From Octopus sinensis (Eukaryota), in assembly GCF_006345805.1 (NCBI RefSeq), contig NC_043004.1, forward strand, positions 92,070,001-92,134,000: 64,000 nt of DNA. Direction: 5' to 3'. Made by a program: the position numbers and the translations under genes. A model generated the notes under the pieces. It did no database searches and had not been told where the DNA came from. It was given only the letters and a program-made list of their open reading frames with translations. Of this stretch, positions 27,922 through 41,260 are shown piece after piece (within the stretch, counting starts at the first letter, position 1; every line of letters begins with the position of its first letter).

Positions 27922-28379
27922 CATACAATGAATGAGAGAGTGAGGTGGAGCGAAACGTAGACTGATGTCTGTAACCGAGACTTAGTAAAAGAAGAGCTGT
28001 CTGTGTGAATATGTTATAGTTGGCTGGGTTTTGGTCGTATAGAAAATTTATCATTTTGTTCAATCTGATCGGATTTGGATAAACGGAAGTCGTTATTCAG
28101 CTGTTATTATCATACTACAAAATATTGCCTCCTTTGCGTTGCAAATCGTTGTATTTGTTATCATTTGGGGAACTGTTGCTATTGTTGTTGTTGTTGTTAT
28201 TGTTGTTGTTGTTATTGTTGTTGTTGTTGTTGTTTTCTTTGTGTCTTTTCTGACATTATTATGTAGTGTGTTTTTTTGTTTTTTTCACAGCAGATCCTAG
28301 AATTTCATCCGATTTGGTCGTTTGCCTGACAATAATCATGTTTGAGCGGATCTGGTGGCTTGGAAAATAAGTTAATGTG

Positions 28380-28462
28380 GTTGCATGCACGCAGATACTC
28401 ACATACATATATACAGACACATAAGTATACGCCTGCATATAATATATAATAATAAATATATA

Positions 28463-28514
<52 letters not shown>

Positions 28515-28521
28515 CACATAC

Positions 28522-28604
<83 letters not shown>

Positions 28605-28955
28605 CGCAATACAAATTCGCACACATCCATATATATATATTGACACACACATTGATGCCTTGGGCCCTCAACTCCTAATGGTGTGGTCGGGTCACCATCA
28701 TGACACACTGCGTGTCATGAGAAAGTTTCGATTTGTCGGAGCCTACATGTTTCCAGAACGAAGCAGGGGAAACAAAAGAGAGAAAAATAACAGAACATTT
28801 TCAGTATTGGTCTGTTATTATATTGATAGATATCCCGAAAGAATAACAGGCAGAGTTGAGTTCAAATTCCATTGAACAGAGCACAGTACGCCAAATCTAA
28901 TTAGGCAAGACAATATTTTCCTACTTCTCCAACAACTAAGTCACATTCCTACCTT

Positions 28956-28995
<40 letters not shown>

Positions 28996-29178
28996 GCATA
29001 CATACATGCATACATACATACATATGTATATACATAAACATATGTATCTATATACATATACATATATATTTATCTATATGTATATATATATGTATATATA
29101 TATATATTTATCTATATGTATATATATTTATACATATATATATGCATATATATGTATGTATATATATATATATATATA

Positions 29179-29213
<35 letters not shown>

Positions 29214-29225
29214 GTATGTGTGTAC

Positions 29226-29257
<32 letters not shown>

Positions 29258-29288
29258 TTATACATATATATATGCATATATATGTATG

Positions 29289-29360
<72 letters not shown>

Positions 29361-29393
29361 CATATATATATATATATATATATATTGTCTATA

Positions 29394-29420
<27 letters not shown>
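28380..29420. repeat. Long imperfect (AT)n/(CA)n tracts
   Basis: Direct observation; a degenerate SINE fragment lies between them at ~28800-28930. Confidence 0.8.
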
Positions 29421-29427
<7 letters not shown>

Positions 29428-29813
29428 CTATATTAATACATGAAAGCGCTTCGACGTTGTACGTATCTTTCCGCTTATATATACAATCAATTTGGGCATG
29501 ATAGCTTCAAGCACAATAAATGAGAATAACAAAATGTTAAAACATAAAGGTCAAAGAAACTACCGCATATGATAAATAGTATCCGTGATAAATCGTGAAG
29601 AGAAACGATAATTTTCTTTGTCTATTTCCCATAGAAATTACAATTTTATGTACGACGTATTACTTATTCGTTTATAGATAGTGTAGGTGCGAACATGTGA
29701 TATGATATACCCTCTGTTTTTCCTGCTTACAACTCGTGTTTCGTTTACGTTCCTATGTGTGTGTATGTGCATACATGCACACATACACATATATCTATTT
29801 ATATAAGGATTTC

Positions 29814-29844
<31 letters not shown>

Positions 29845-30035
29845 AAATATATATACACAAGAATATATGAGCACAGGACGTCACCAACGGTGCAAAATGA
29901 TGAGTGAAATACGTAAACAATGAGGAAAAAAGGGGAAACAGGACAAATTAAACACAGGAAAGGACCCTTCATCAGTTGTCGGCTTTCTGTCTACACATTT
30001 CGAGCATTCACACACATACACACACACACAAACAT

Positions 30036-30170
30036 ATATGTTTCTTTATTACCCACAAGGGGCTAAACATAGAGGGGACAAACAAGGACAGACAAACGAA
30101 TTAAGTCGATTACATCGACCCCAGTGCGTAACTGGTACTTAATTTATCGACCTCGAATGGATGAAAGGCA
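30036..30170 (-). mobile_element. Family B SINE 3' part with Tx1-like tail
   Basis: Reverse complement of ...GGGGTCGATGTAATCGACTTAA...TTTAGCCCCTTGTGGGTAATAAAGAAACATAT; homologous to 53984-54213. Confidence 0.85.
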
Positions 30171-30504
30171 AAATACATACATATATGTATTAAGATATGC
30201 ATATGCATTTGTATGTGTATGTATACATATATACGTAATATATGTATGTTTTACGAAGGGGCTTTGGGTAAGACAGAATACAGGAGGATCAGTTAATTAT
30301 TACTTTATTCAACATATTTCCCCTCAGATTCACAGACTTATTATAGCGGTCCTTTATTTTTTTCTAATTCCTGTAAAAGAACTCGTAAGGTCGGGTATCA
30401 AACCAGTCCAAGCAGGCCTTTCGCGAGACACTTAAAGCTAAGAACTTTTCAGCATATATACATTAAATTAAATAAGGTATTATTAACAACAACAACAACA
30501 ACAG

Positions 30505-30563
<59 letters not shown>

Positions 30564-30573
30564 TATAGTACGT

Positions 30574-30936
30574 AGGCGTAGGAGTGGCTGTGTGGTAAGT
30601 AGCTTGCTTACCAACCACATGGTTCCGAGTTCAGTCCCACTGCGTGGCACCTTGGCCAAGTGTCTTCTACTATAGCCTCGGGCCGGCCAAAGCCTTGTGA
30701 GTGGATGTGGTAGACGTATGTGTGTGTGTGTGTCTGTGTTTGTCCCCCAACATCGCTTGACAACCGATGCTCTGTGTGTTGACGTCCCCGTAACTTAGCG
30801 GTTCGGCAAAAGGGACCGATAGAATAAGTACTATTCTTACAAAGAATGAGTCCTAGGGTAGATTTTCTCGACTAAAGGCGGTGCTCCAGCATGGCCCCAG
30901 TCACATGACTGAAACAAGTAAAAGAGTAAAAGAGTA
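30574..30936 (+). mobile_element. Family A SINE
   Basis: Match to 899-1313; preceded by (AAC)n(AAT)n. Confidence 0.9.
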
Positions 30937-31519
30937 CATACCCATTTCACACCAGATCCTCAATTCTTTGGGATATGCAAGAAATACCACCACCTAACAG
31001 GCTTTTGTAATTGAAAATCTTTTAACTATTGTGCGAGATACTAAACTTCGACAACCAATATTGACGATGTATCGATCAAACCACTGAACCAAGGCAGTCA
31101 TTCCGTAGTAATTTTGTATCGCCATGAAGACTTTGCAGCTAATGTGTTTCTCTTCATTCTAATCTAATACGTTATGCTATTCGATTGTAGTTATAACGCT
31201 GGAGGATATCATACTTTTTATCATTAATCACCTTCCCTTTTAAAGAGTTTTCAAAAACAAAAAATGTCACCCAAAAATGTGACATTTGGCTATCATCATC
31301 CTTCTGAGTGACTTAAACAGGATTAAAATGGTCTTCAGTATATACTAAATTTGAAGCTTATTTTGAGTGGAAATGTTGGCTGAAACTAACGTTAGTAAAG
31401 ACCAGGTCAGGCACCAAATAGTAATGCAACCTACACATAATAATAAGACAGTAGGTTTTATAGTCTATAACAATACAGACTTGTGTACACCTTCTTACTA
31501 AAGCCACACAATTATTGCT

Positions 31520-31712
31520 TTCAAATTTTGGCACAAGACCAGTAATATACCAGTAAGTCTATTACATCGACCAACAGTGCTCAACTAGTATCGACCCCGA
31601 CAAGATGAAAAGCAAAGTCGAACTCGGCGGAACTTGAACTCAGAACATAAAGACTGGTGAAATATTGCTAAGCATTTCGCCCGGTGCACTAACGATTCTG
31701 CCAGCTCGCCGC
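31520..31712 (-). mobile_element. Family B SINE, alternative-tail subtype
   Basis: Head GCGGCGAGCTGGCAGAATCGTTAG; tail ...GGTCTTGTGCCAAAATTTGAAA as at 54400-54600 and 54961-55160. Confidence 0.75.
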
Positions 31713-32317
31713 TCTAGGCCATACAGTTATTGAGATTTAGATGCATAATACTGAAAAATATTTCTCAGTTTAAAACCAGAAAATGTAGAAATTTCTCTTT
31801 TCGGAAATTGGTTGACCTCCTCGAAGCTGACTGGGAGACACTTGAAACTTTTTTGCGGAAATTAGATTGGTCCAGAAACTTCGAATAATTCAACCAGAAG
31901 AAGAAAACAAATTCTGAAATCAAGAAATACTGAAAACTGTCAATTCTTACACTCACCGCAGCCATTCCGATAAAAAAGTAAAAAGTAGATATTTCCAGGG
32001 TGATGCGAATTCTCGTGAGAAAGTATTCAAATATTATGGACAACCTCTATAAACTAGTTCTTACATCTTATACCAATATTCTCATATTTTGATATTGTTA
32101 TATGATAAAATTAGAATGAATGAATATTTAAGTAAGAATCATTGAAGCTACACAAATACTTCTACAAGAATATGAACGATCAAGAAAATATCTCTCATCA
32201 GCAAAGCAAAGTCAAATCAAAAGGATTTCTTCGGGTGTTCACGTGACTGTTTAGTCTTAAAATAAAAACCACAATCCAAGTCAATGTCACAGTAGTGGGA
32301 TACAGTCTATTGTCATC

Positions 32318-32761
32318 TCCCGCATGTCCGACACTCGCATCCCAAAACAGCTCTTCTACGGTGAACTCAGCCAGGGCAAACGCAAAATCGGAGGGCAGAA
32401 GAAGCGCTTCAAGGACAGTCTCAAGGTCTCTCTGAAAGTCTTCTCCATCGGCACAGAGACCTGGGAGACACTTGCTGCCGACCGCTCATCCTGGCGCAGC
32501 GCAATCACCACAGGAGCAGGGACAGCCGAGGAGGGACGGATTCGGTCAGCAGAGCAGAAACGACAGATGCGGAAAGCCAGAGCCGCCTGCACCAGTAGTA
32601 CGGCCCCTACCCACTTCTGCCCCACCTGTGGAAGGGGCTTCCTTGCCCGGATTGGCCTCACCAGCCACCTCCGGTCTCATGGCGGCAGTTCTACCAGATG
32701 ATGTCAGTGGTCATCTTCGAACCCGAAGGACGAACATTATTATTATTATCATTATTATTAT
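32318..32761 (+). mobile_element. 5'-truncated RTE-clade LINE with (ATT)n tail and 10-bp TSD
   Basis: RIPKQLFYGEL..GGQKKRFKDSLK..CPTCGRGFLARIGLTSH; TATTGTCATC at 32308-32317 and 32762-32771. Confidence 0.9.
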
Positions 32762-32849
32762 TATTGTCATCAAATATAAGAGAAATACGTAAACGTACTG
32801 TCCCAGTTATCTAGAGATCAATAGATTGAACACATATAGGCTATCAAAT

Positions 32850-33620
32850 TATAACTTCTCTCAAAAATCCAAATTCAACTGGACTGAACATAATCAAATT
32901 AGCAAGCTATCTTGACACAAAACTAGCTCCAGCACAGGATTGCTATCTATCATTATAATCCTGCAAAGTCAGCCTTTCTAAGTCACTATAAATGTCCTAT
33001 TTAGACGCTGGGTAACTACACAAAATGTTAAAAGAAAAGATAAATACGATTCCTAAGATTGCAATGACAAACAACTACAAATTTGTATTGTGTACATCTT
33101 ACCCCTCAAAATTCCTGAAAATAATTATATAAAAAAAAAACGATAATATATTTAGGCAGTCCCTTCTACTATACTATCCAGATTAGTATTTAATTGTTTA
33201 ACTTCATCTCATCGAAATCTTTGACAAAGTCGACCATCAAATCTAACAAGTCGAAAATGTTGGTATTCAAGGAGGGGCCTCAGAGTTCCTGAAAGACGAA
33301 GTGAAATGGTAGCAGCCAAAGGAGCCTATACCAAAAATACAAAACGTTTACGGTCTATTTTTGACCTTTTCACTTCAATAACCTTGTTAGACATCGAGAA
33401 AATATATTCAGATTACAATACTCAGTTCAATTGCAAACGTTATTAGAGTCGGGCTAGAAATCACGGCTGATGAAGGCATCAATGTGCTCTAACAAGAATT
33501 ATACATCACGCAAAACATTAATAATACAATATCGCTAAACACCACGAACTTCTACATTATGGTCATGAATCTCTCAGAAATGTTCTACCTTGCTCCCAAA
33601 CAAGGAAATAATTAAAAAAT
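32850..33620 (+). mobile_element. Highly degenerate CR1/L2/Jockey-type RT remnant
   Basis: TTTGACAAAGTCGACCAT encodes FDKVDH; following sequence resembles NVGIQG and SEFLKD; heavily decayed. Confidence 0.5.
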
Positions 33621-33669
33621 ATATAAATATGTTCATCAATTGCGTGTAGTTGTGGGAAAATTCGTCATC

Positions 33670-33850
33670 TTCTAACTGTCTGTCTGTGTGTTTCCCTAAA
33701 ACTTGAGAACTACATAACCAATTTCATTCAAATTTTACACATGCCTTACTTAAGGTCTGGGGAGTGCCATCGTCAAGACAAATTGTAACTTTTTTCCTAG
33801 GGCGACCCCACAGCAATATCATATCTTCTCCACTATTTCAGTATTACGTG
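33670..33850 (+). mobile_element. Possible non-autonomous Helitron/Helentron 5' region
   Basis: (TCTG)n followed by ACCAATTTCATTCAAATTTTACAC, a pattern recalled from non-autonomous Helitron-like repeats. Confidence 0.35.
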
Positions 33851-34647
33851 TTCAAAGTGAAACAAAAACATCTCTCTATTGTAAAGCAGACATTCACTTT
33901 AATAGTGAACGGCTCGGGTTGGGTCGGGTCGGGTCGGGAGAATTTCCATTATATATATAGAGAGAGGGAAGTATAGCGCGAAGGCAGCATAACAAAAACA
34001 ACCCTTCGTCACTTGTTGGCACATTTACCTACTCCGCATTGCGTGCAGTGCAACAAGATGCGTCATAAATTAAATAGAATTTGAGATACCTGGAAAATCA
34101 AAGCTGCTAACAAAATCAGGACAGTGAAAACATTCGGTAAGGGCTGTTTAACCCTAACGAGGTGAAGTGGTGAACGCTGGAGAAAAAAGCTTTGTCGAGA
34201 GACAGACAAGTATGCGTGTTGTAGTTATAAACTGAACGAGAAGAAAAAGAATTACATTTAGAAATAGAGATCTATAATTATTGAGGAGAGAATTTGAGTT
34301 AGAAATAGAGAACTATAAATATTTTATTATGCATAAAGTGGTGGCTTACATTCGGGGCTTCCAATTTCTCTGTAAAATATAAGATAGTCGCAAAATCCTC
34401 GCGCATGTCACCATAGATTACAAACACCAGTGGAAGATAAAAGTTCCAGAGGACATTCTTTTTCTTTCGTTTGTACAAGGATCGTATTATGTTTCGACTT
34501 AAAATAAATATATATACAAATATAATGTATAGAAATATATAAAAACCCGAATAGAAAACTAACGTCTTAGGTATATAAAAGGAGATAACATGAGATATCA
34601 AGGTGTTATAAACTTTAAACCTACTAGAATATCATAGATTATATATA

Positions 34648-37217
34648 TCAAGTTATCCAATCAGTTCTGTCCAATTTTACCTTTTTTTAGATTTGAATGA
34701 AATTTAATAGTATTTTCAAATGTCTAATTCGATTAAAAATTATTTTTATGCATTTGTGTACGTTTAAACTAATTCAATATTGTTTTACAAAATAATAGAG
34801 GGCGTCCACAAAGTCTGCGTACATGGGGATTAACACAAACTTTTAAAACAAACGAATTTTATTTAATTATAATGTTAATAAATAATATTTTCAAAGTGAT
34901 TTCCATCATTTTTCAATGCATAACTTGATGCGCCTTGCAAAATTCAGGTGAACTTGATTAAGTAAGTCTACATTGCCATCAATTTCAGCACACTGACTGG
35001 TACTGCGTTCTCTCATGTGTTTTAAATCTGTAATCTTTATTGTAATGTTTCTCTTTCAACATGCCTCAGAAAAAGAAATCAAGGGGAGAAAGGTCTGGTG
35101 AACCAGAGGACCTTTCAATATGAGCCCTTCTTCCAATCCAGTGAGGAAACGTGTCATTAAGCCAATCTCTAACAGTTGTGGCAAAATGGGTTGGGGCCCA
35201 ATCCTGCTGAAACCAATTCGGAAGGCCCTCGCCTAGGCGCTCAATTTGAGATATTAATTTGTCTCTCAATATGTTTTCATAAGTCTCATCAGTTACATGT
35301 TCAATGAAGAAGGGTCCTAGAACAGGAGCTTTCCACAAACCACACCACACCATCAACTTTTTGCTGCCTTGCTGTTTGGATGGATCTATCCAATGTGGAT
35401 TACCTCGAGACCAGTAAAGAAGATTCTGTCTGTTGACCTCACCATTTACATAAAACGTAGCTTTGTCACTGAACATCAAAGTTTTTCGTAAAATTGATAT
35501 TTTCATCCAATTTATCTGAAAACCATTCGCATGTATACATTCGTCTATCAGGGTCGTCTTCATTTAAGTGATGCAATATCTGTAGGTTGTATCGATGAAA
35601 CTTTTCTTCAACCAGCATTTTGTGGATGTTTGGTTTTGTAACACCTAACACTGTGGATGTCCGACGAAGTGATTTCTTTGGGCTAGCAGAAACTTTAGCC
35701 ATGACAGCCTCTTTCGTTTCATCTGAAGTCTTTGGTCGCCCGGAACGGGCTTTATCCAAAACACTGCCTGTTTCTTTAAATTTCTTGATCAATTTCCCGA
35801 CGGCAGTAAAAAAAATAAGTCACCTATAAAGGTGTCGAAGATTAAATTCTTCCGCAATTTTGCGATAAGACCATCCCTCTCGTCCACTTAATAATACTAA
35901 TTCGATTCTTTCTTATTTAGACAGATCCATCATTCGATCTGGGATTCTTTCTTCTTTAGACACAGCCATCATTCGATCATCTGTAGTAAAAATAACAAAT
36001 AAATTTAGAAAAGTAAAGTATTTTTTAAATTTAATTTAAACAAAAGTAAAAAAGGAAATTATTTCTTATATTTATTTACGTTATGATTTTATTCCATGTA
36101 CCCAGACTTCGTGGACACCCTAAAATTGCTTTTTATTAAAACCCTTTCAGCATGGAAGTATCCCAGGAGCATTTAAGGCACATATAATTCTTTATGAGTA
36201 CAATAAAGGTAACTCTGCAGCCGAAGTGACTCGAAACATACACCCAGTTTATGGGAAAGTGCTTGAATGAAAGAACTTGCAGGAGATCGTTTGCAAAATT
36301 GAAGATGAAGATGGAATAGGATGTCCAGTTGAGTTTGATGATAAGCTCCTTGAGGCATTACTTGAAGAAAATCCGTCATTATCAGTTGAAGAATTGGCAA
36401 TAAAGCTTACTTCAAACCATACAACTGTTCATCGTCATCTTCAACAAAAGTGGAAAGATTCCTAAACTTGGAAAATAGGTGCCTTCTGTATTGTTCCAAA
36501 GCAACTGCAAATCCCGAGTAGACATCTGCTCTCCTCTCCATTCTCGCAAACTCATTTCACCCTTTTTCGATAGAATTGTTACGAAATATGGATTCTCTAT
36601 CGAAATGTTAAATGTCGTAAACAGTGGCTTGGTAAAAGGGAAAATGCTCAACCACAACCGAGAAGGGAACTTCATGGGAAAAAGGTTCTCTCTATCTGGT
36701 GCGATTGCAAAGGGCATAATTCACTTTATATTGTTACCACCTAATGCAACAATCAATGCTGAAGTCTACTGTCAGCAATTAGAACGTTTGAACCAAGCTT
36801 TGAAGGAAAAAAGCTGCTTTAGTGAGTCGAAAACGAGTGATGTTTCATCAGGACAATGCGCAACCCCACACTGCAATGATCACATCACAGAAAATCGAAG
36901 AGGTCAGTTTGGAAAAATTTCTTCATCCAACTTATTCTCCCGACCTTACTCCTTCAGGATACCATTTGTTTCATAGTTTACAGAATTATTAGGGGGACAC
37001 AACTTTCGCAAGCCAGGAGGAGGTCGAACCTAACATTTCAGAGTTCTTCGCTTCAAAAGAGTTTTACATTGATGGGATTTAAAAGCTTGTAAATAGATGA
37101 AAGTAAGTCATAGATAATCAGGCAAAGTACATTGATGATTAACTTTCAATTAAATATAACATTTGATCACTTGGATTCTTTATCCAAAATTCGGATAGAA
37201 CTTATGGGATGACCTGA
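34648..37217 (+). mobile_element. Degenerate mariner (DD34D) element with a rosa-like element nested in its 5' region
   Basis: TIRs TCAAGTTATCCAATCAGTTCTGTCC (34648) and the reverse complement of TCAGGTCATCCCATAAGTTCTATCC (ends 37217); MEVSQEHLRH start at ~36152; QDNAQPH..YSPDLTPSGY with 34 spacing and the third D changed to G. Confidence 0.8.
34798..36122 (-). mobile_element. rosa/DD41D-like Tc1-mariner transposon, frameshifted
   Basis: 28-bp TIRs 34799-34826 and 36094-36121 (25/28); MFSDKATF, FQQDWAPTH, WIGRR..SPDLSPLDFFF with 40 residues between the 2nd and 3rd Asp. Confidence 0.85.
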
Positions 37218-37404
37218 GATATATACACCGGCGAAAATATTAAAATCGACGATAAAAGTTCTATTTCTTACAAAATATTTTGTAACTAATACCATACAAA
37301 TTATTTATATCTTTTACACCTTAAGCAAAATTTATTTCTCTTTCGAATGATGCAAACAATTTTTATACAACTTGAAGAATTATAATGCTAAATTAATATA
37401 TATT

Positions 37405-37562
37405 TCTTTACTGCCCACAAGGAGCTAAACAGAGGGGACAAACAAGGACAGGCAAACGGATTAAGTCGATTACATCGAACCCAGTGCGTAACTGGTACTT
37501 AATTTATCGACACCGAAAGGATGAAAGGCAAAGTCGACCTCGGCGGAATTTGAACTCAGAAT
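37405..37562 (-). mobile_element. Family B SINE 3' part (Tx1-like tail)
   Basis: Match to 54215-54395. Confidence 0.85.
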
Positions 37563-37794
37563 GTAATATAAACGTTTCAAATTTACCGGCAAAATTAGCT
37601 TAATACCATGTAATATGTATGCATTTTTTTATATGAGCTAAGTATTAATAAAATGTGGCATACGATAAAATTTTCGGATATTAGTCTTAAAACATTCAGA
37701 CAAGAAATTTCAGATGTAGCACATGAGGTATTATTCCATACGAATATACACATATCTATGTTAAGAGTTTCATGATAAAAATATAGAAATATTG

Positions 37795-38030
37795 GGTTGT
37801 CCGGAAAGTTCGTGCCGATTTATAGTAGCTTATCTTTCAACTTATTTTAGAACATGTTTGAGTCCATAAAATAGGATTTGACTACCCCTCCATTTAGAGC
37901 ACAGTTTAAGCTATCTTTTCGTGGAAGAAGGTTTATGTTCCTAATACCTGTGTTAATTCTGTAACGCTTTAAATGGAAGATGAGAAAGTTCATTTTCAGC
38001 ACTTGATGCTTTGGGAACCAGACAGAAATT
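37795..38030 (+). mobile_element. mariner 5' fragment
   Basis: TIR-like TTGGGTTGTCCGGAAAGTTCGTGCCGATTT and N-terminus MEDEKVHFQHLML. Confidence 0.6.
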
Positions 38031-38249
38031 GCAGCAGCTCAGATATTGCTCATTCGGATTTCCACTAATTCAGGTCTCGGTAATAGTCGCGTAGACTGGA
38101 CCCGGTGCGCGCACACGCGCAGACGCGCGTATGCGCTAGCCAGTCGTAGGTAGTCGATCCTACAGCGACTTGCGTATGCAAATGAGCTGATTGGCGCAGC
38201 ACTGCAAAAACTAAGTTAATAGCGAGCCCCTACTGAAGCTTAAGAAATA

Positions 38250-40210
38250 TTTTTCAACCAAGTCAGCCCCTCTGAAATCAACTACTAGGGATCTCATCAA
38301 GGACCAAAGCAAGCAAATGGATAGATGGGTGGAGTACTACCAGGATCTCTACTCACGAGAGACCACGGTAGCTGAGGCTGCAATCGAGGGTGTCAAGATC
38401 TTGCCAGTCATGTGTGAACTTGTCAGTCTGCCATCTATAGCAGAGCTCACCAAGGCTATTGACTCCCTAGCAAGTAACAAAGCCCGGGAAAAGACGGCAT
38501 CCCTTTAGAGATCATCAAAACCGGCAAAAACACCATCCTGCTTCTGTGTCAGTGCTGGGAAGAGGGTACAGTCCCTCAGTATATGCGGGATGCTAACGTC
38601 ATAAATCTTTACAAAAACAAAGGTGACCGTGGTGGTTGTAACAATTACCGTGGAATATCTCTTCTAAGCACTGTTGGAAAGGCCTCTGCTCGCATTATCA
38701 TGTCCAGGCTGCAACTGCTTGCTTCTCGAATTTATCCAGAATCGTAGTGTGGCTTTAGAAGAAGCAGATCAACTATTGACATGATATTCTCCATACGCCA
38801 ACTTCAGGAGAAGTCCAGAGAGCAGAAAATGCCATTATATATGGCCTTCATTAATCTGACAAAAGCCTTTGAGTTGGTAAGTAGAAAAGGCTTCTTCATC
38901 CTGCTCCAAAAATCGGATGTCCACCAAAGCTGCTGAGGATCATCACATCTTTCCATGATGATATGCAAGGCACCATACAGCACAATGGTTCAACATGAGC
39001 CGCCTTCCAAATGAAAAATGGGGTAAAGCAAGGTTGTGTCCTTGCTCCTACATTATTTGGCATCTTCTCGCTGCTGCTGCTACATGCCTTTGCGACATCA
39101 GATGATGGAGTGTTTCTGCACAGTAGAAGTGATGGGAAACTGTCCAATCTCTCGCGTCTGCGTGCCAAGACCAAACTCAGAAGCGTCCTGATCAAGGAGA
39201 TGCTATTTGCTGATGATGCCGCTCTGGTATCACACACAGAAGCCCTACAAAGGCTCATCAATTGTTATGAGCAATCATGTGGCAACATTGGCTTATTTAT
39301 CAGCCTCAAGAAGACCAACATCATGGGTCAGGCTACATTAACCATTCCAAACATACATATTGGAGACCACAGACGACAGGAGGTGAAGAAGTTTACCTAT
39401 CTTGGCTCTACCGTCACCTACAACGTATCCCTTGATACTGAGCTCAATATACGCATTGGCAAGGCAGCTGCTGTGATGGCCCAACTCTCCAAACGAGCAT
39501 GGGACAACAATAAGCTGACCAAGACCACAAAAATGAAGATTTACCAGGCATGTGTACTTAGCACTCTACTGTATGGAAGTGAGTCTTGGACGCCATACAC
39601 ACGCCATACTACGCCATACGTCACCTAAATATCTTTCACCTGCGCTGCCTCCGGAAAATCCTTCGCATCAAATGGCAGAATCATGTCCCCAACAAAGATG
39701 TCCTCAAGCAAGCAGGAATACCAAGCATGTTTACACTCCTCACACAAAGACGTATGAGATGGCTTTGACATGTTAGCCGTATGGAAGATGGCAGAATCCC
39801 TAAGGACATACTCAACGGAGAGCTTGCTAGGGGCACTAGGTCTGTGGGAAGACCGTTCTTACGATACAAAGATGTTTGCAAAAGGGACATGAATGCCTGC
39901 AACATCAATATTACCAACTGGGAAGCAGTTGCCAGCAACCGTGGAGATTGGCGACGTACCGTGAAAGAGAGAACACAAAGGAGTGATATAGAGGGAAAGG
40001 AGAAATGGAAAGACAAGAAAAGACGACAACAAGAATGTATGACATTACAACCAGCCAGGCAAAGTCTTCGCTACATTTGCGGCACCTGCCAGAGGGAGTG
40101 TTTGTCCAGGATAGGGCTACACAGCCACGGCAGGAGATGTATAAGGACATGAAATGTAAAAGCCGGACTAGATTATTTTATGCGCAACTCCATTGTCTCC
40201 CGAGACAACA
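38250..40210 (+). mobile_element. 5'-truncated, decayed RTE (BovB-like) LINE
   Basis: RWVEYYQDLY, NYRGISLLS, GVKQGCVLAPTLF, LFADDAAL, GRIPKDILNGEL, CGTCQRECLSRIGLHSH; several stops and frameshifts. Confidence 0.92.
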
Positions 40211-40526
40211 ATATATATGGATTTCGTAGACAGGAACTGAAAAAAATCAATCGTATATATATGTATATATGTAAGTGTATGTGTGTGTCTTTGTGTCTGT
40301 GTTTCGCCCTCATCACTGCTTCACAACTGCTGTTCATTTATTTACACCCACAAAACTTACTGGTTTCACAAGAACAAACTAATAGAATAAGTACTAGGCT
40401 TATCAACAGAAAAAAGCACTAGGCTGTGTCTCATATTTTTGTTTGCCGACTCAGTTGTATCTATCAATTTATCTTTGTGTGTGTGTGTGTGTATCTATAT
40501 CTATATCGATCTATCTATCTATCTAC

Positions 40527-40623
<97 letters not shown>

Positions 40624-40789
40624 TATATATAATATTAGGGAATAAATTATAAATATATCTGTGTCTATATGTTTATGTGTATGTATAGATATATATATAT
40701 ATGTGTGTGAGTTTGTGTACGTATTTAGATATGTTTATATACATACATGTATATATGTGCATGAGCATGTGTGTATATATATTTTTTGT

Positions 40790-41260
40790 TTTTTGAAATT
40801 AGCTATTTCATCTTTAAATATGAGAAATTAAATATATTAGGTTTTCATTATATACAATCGTTTATAGAGTTTATTTTAGATCTTGATTATAATATTTATA
40901 TATATTTTCATTGATAATTTATATATATTAGTCATTTCAAATATCTATATAAGTAGATATAGACTAAAATGGATATTAGAATATGGATTTTCTACCTTAT
41001 AAATTAATGTTAATATTTAACATTATAGTCGATTTCGATATAATCATATTTAATAATAGAGTTTATTATAAGTAAATTTTTATTTAGATTATATAGATTA
41101 TTTATATCTTAAAAATATTGATTATATTTTAGGTTTTAAAACCACCTGAAGAATGTCTCATAGAAGTGCTGACACGAAACGATCGTAGTGGTTATTTTAA
41201 TTAAATTTAATTTATATAAATTATTTTATGTATTGGCTTAAGTCTTTCTTTGTTTGATTT
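40790..41260 (+). mobile_element. AT-rich Penelope-like terminal-repeat (pLTR) remnant
   Basis: Inferred from the embedded minimal hammerhead motif and AT-rich context; boundaries approximate. Confidence 0.4.
41140..41193 (+). ncRNA. Type I minimal hammerhead ribozyme motif
   Basis: Stem I AACCAC/GTGGTT; core CTGAAGA (41146-52); stem II TGTC/GACA with an A-C mismatch at its base; GAAA (41176-79); palindromic ACGATCGT helix III; GUA cleavage triplet. Confidence 0.65.

Noticed and set aside
29960-30005. CTGATGA and CGAAA on the minus strand as a hammerhead
   Set aside because: The order and pairing do not give stems I-III or an NUH site.
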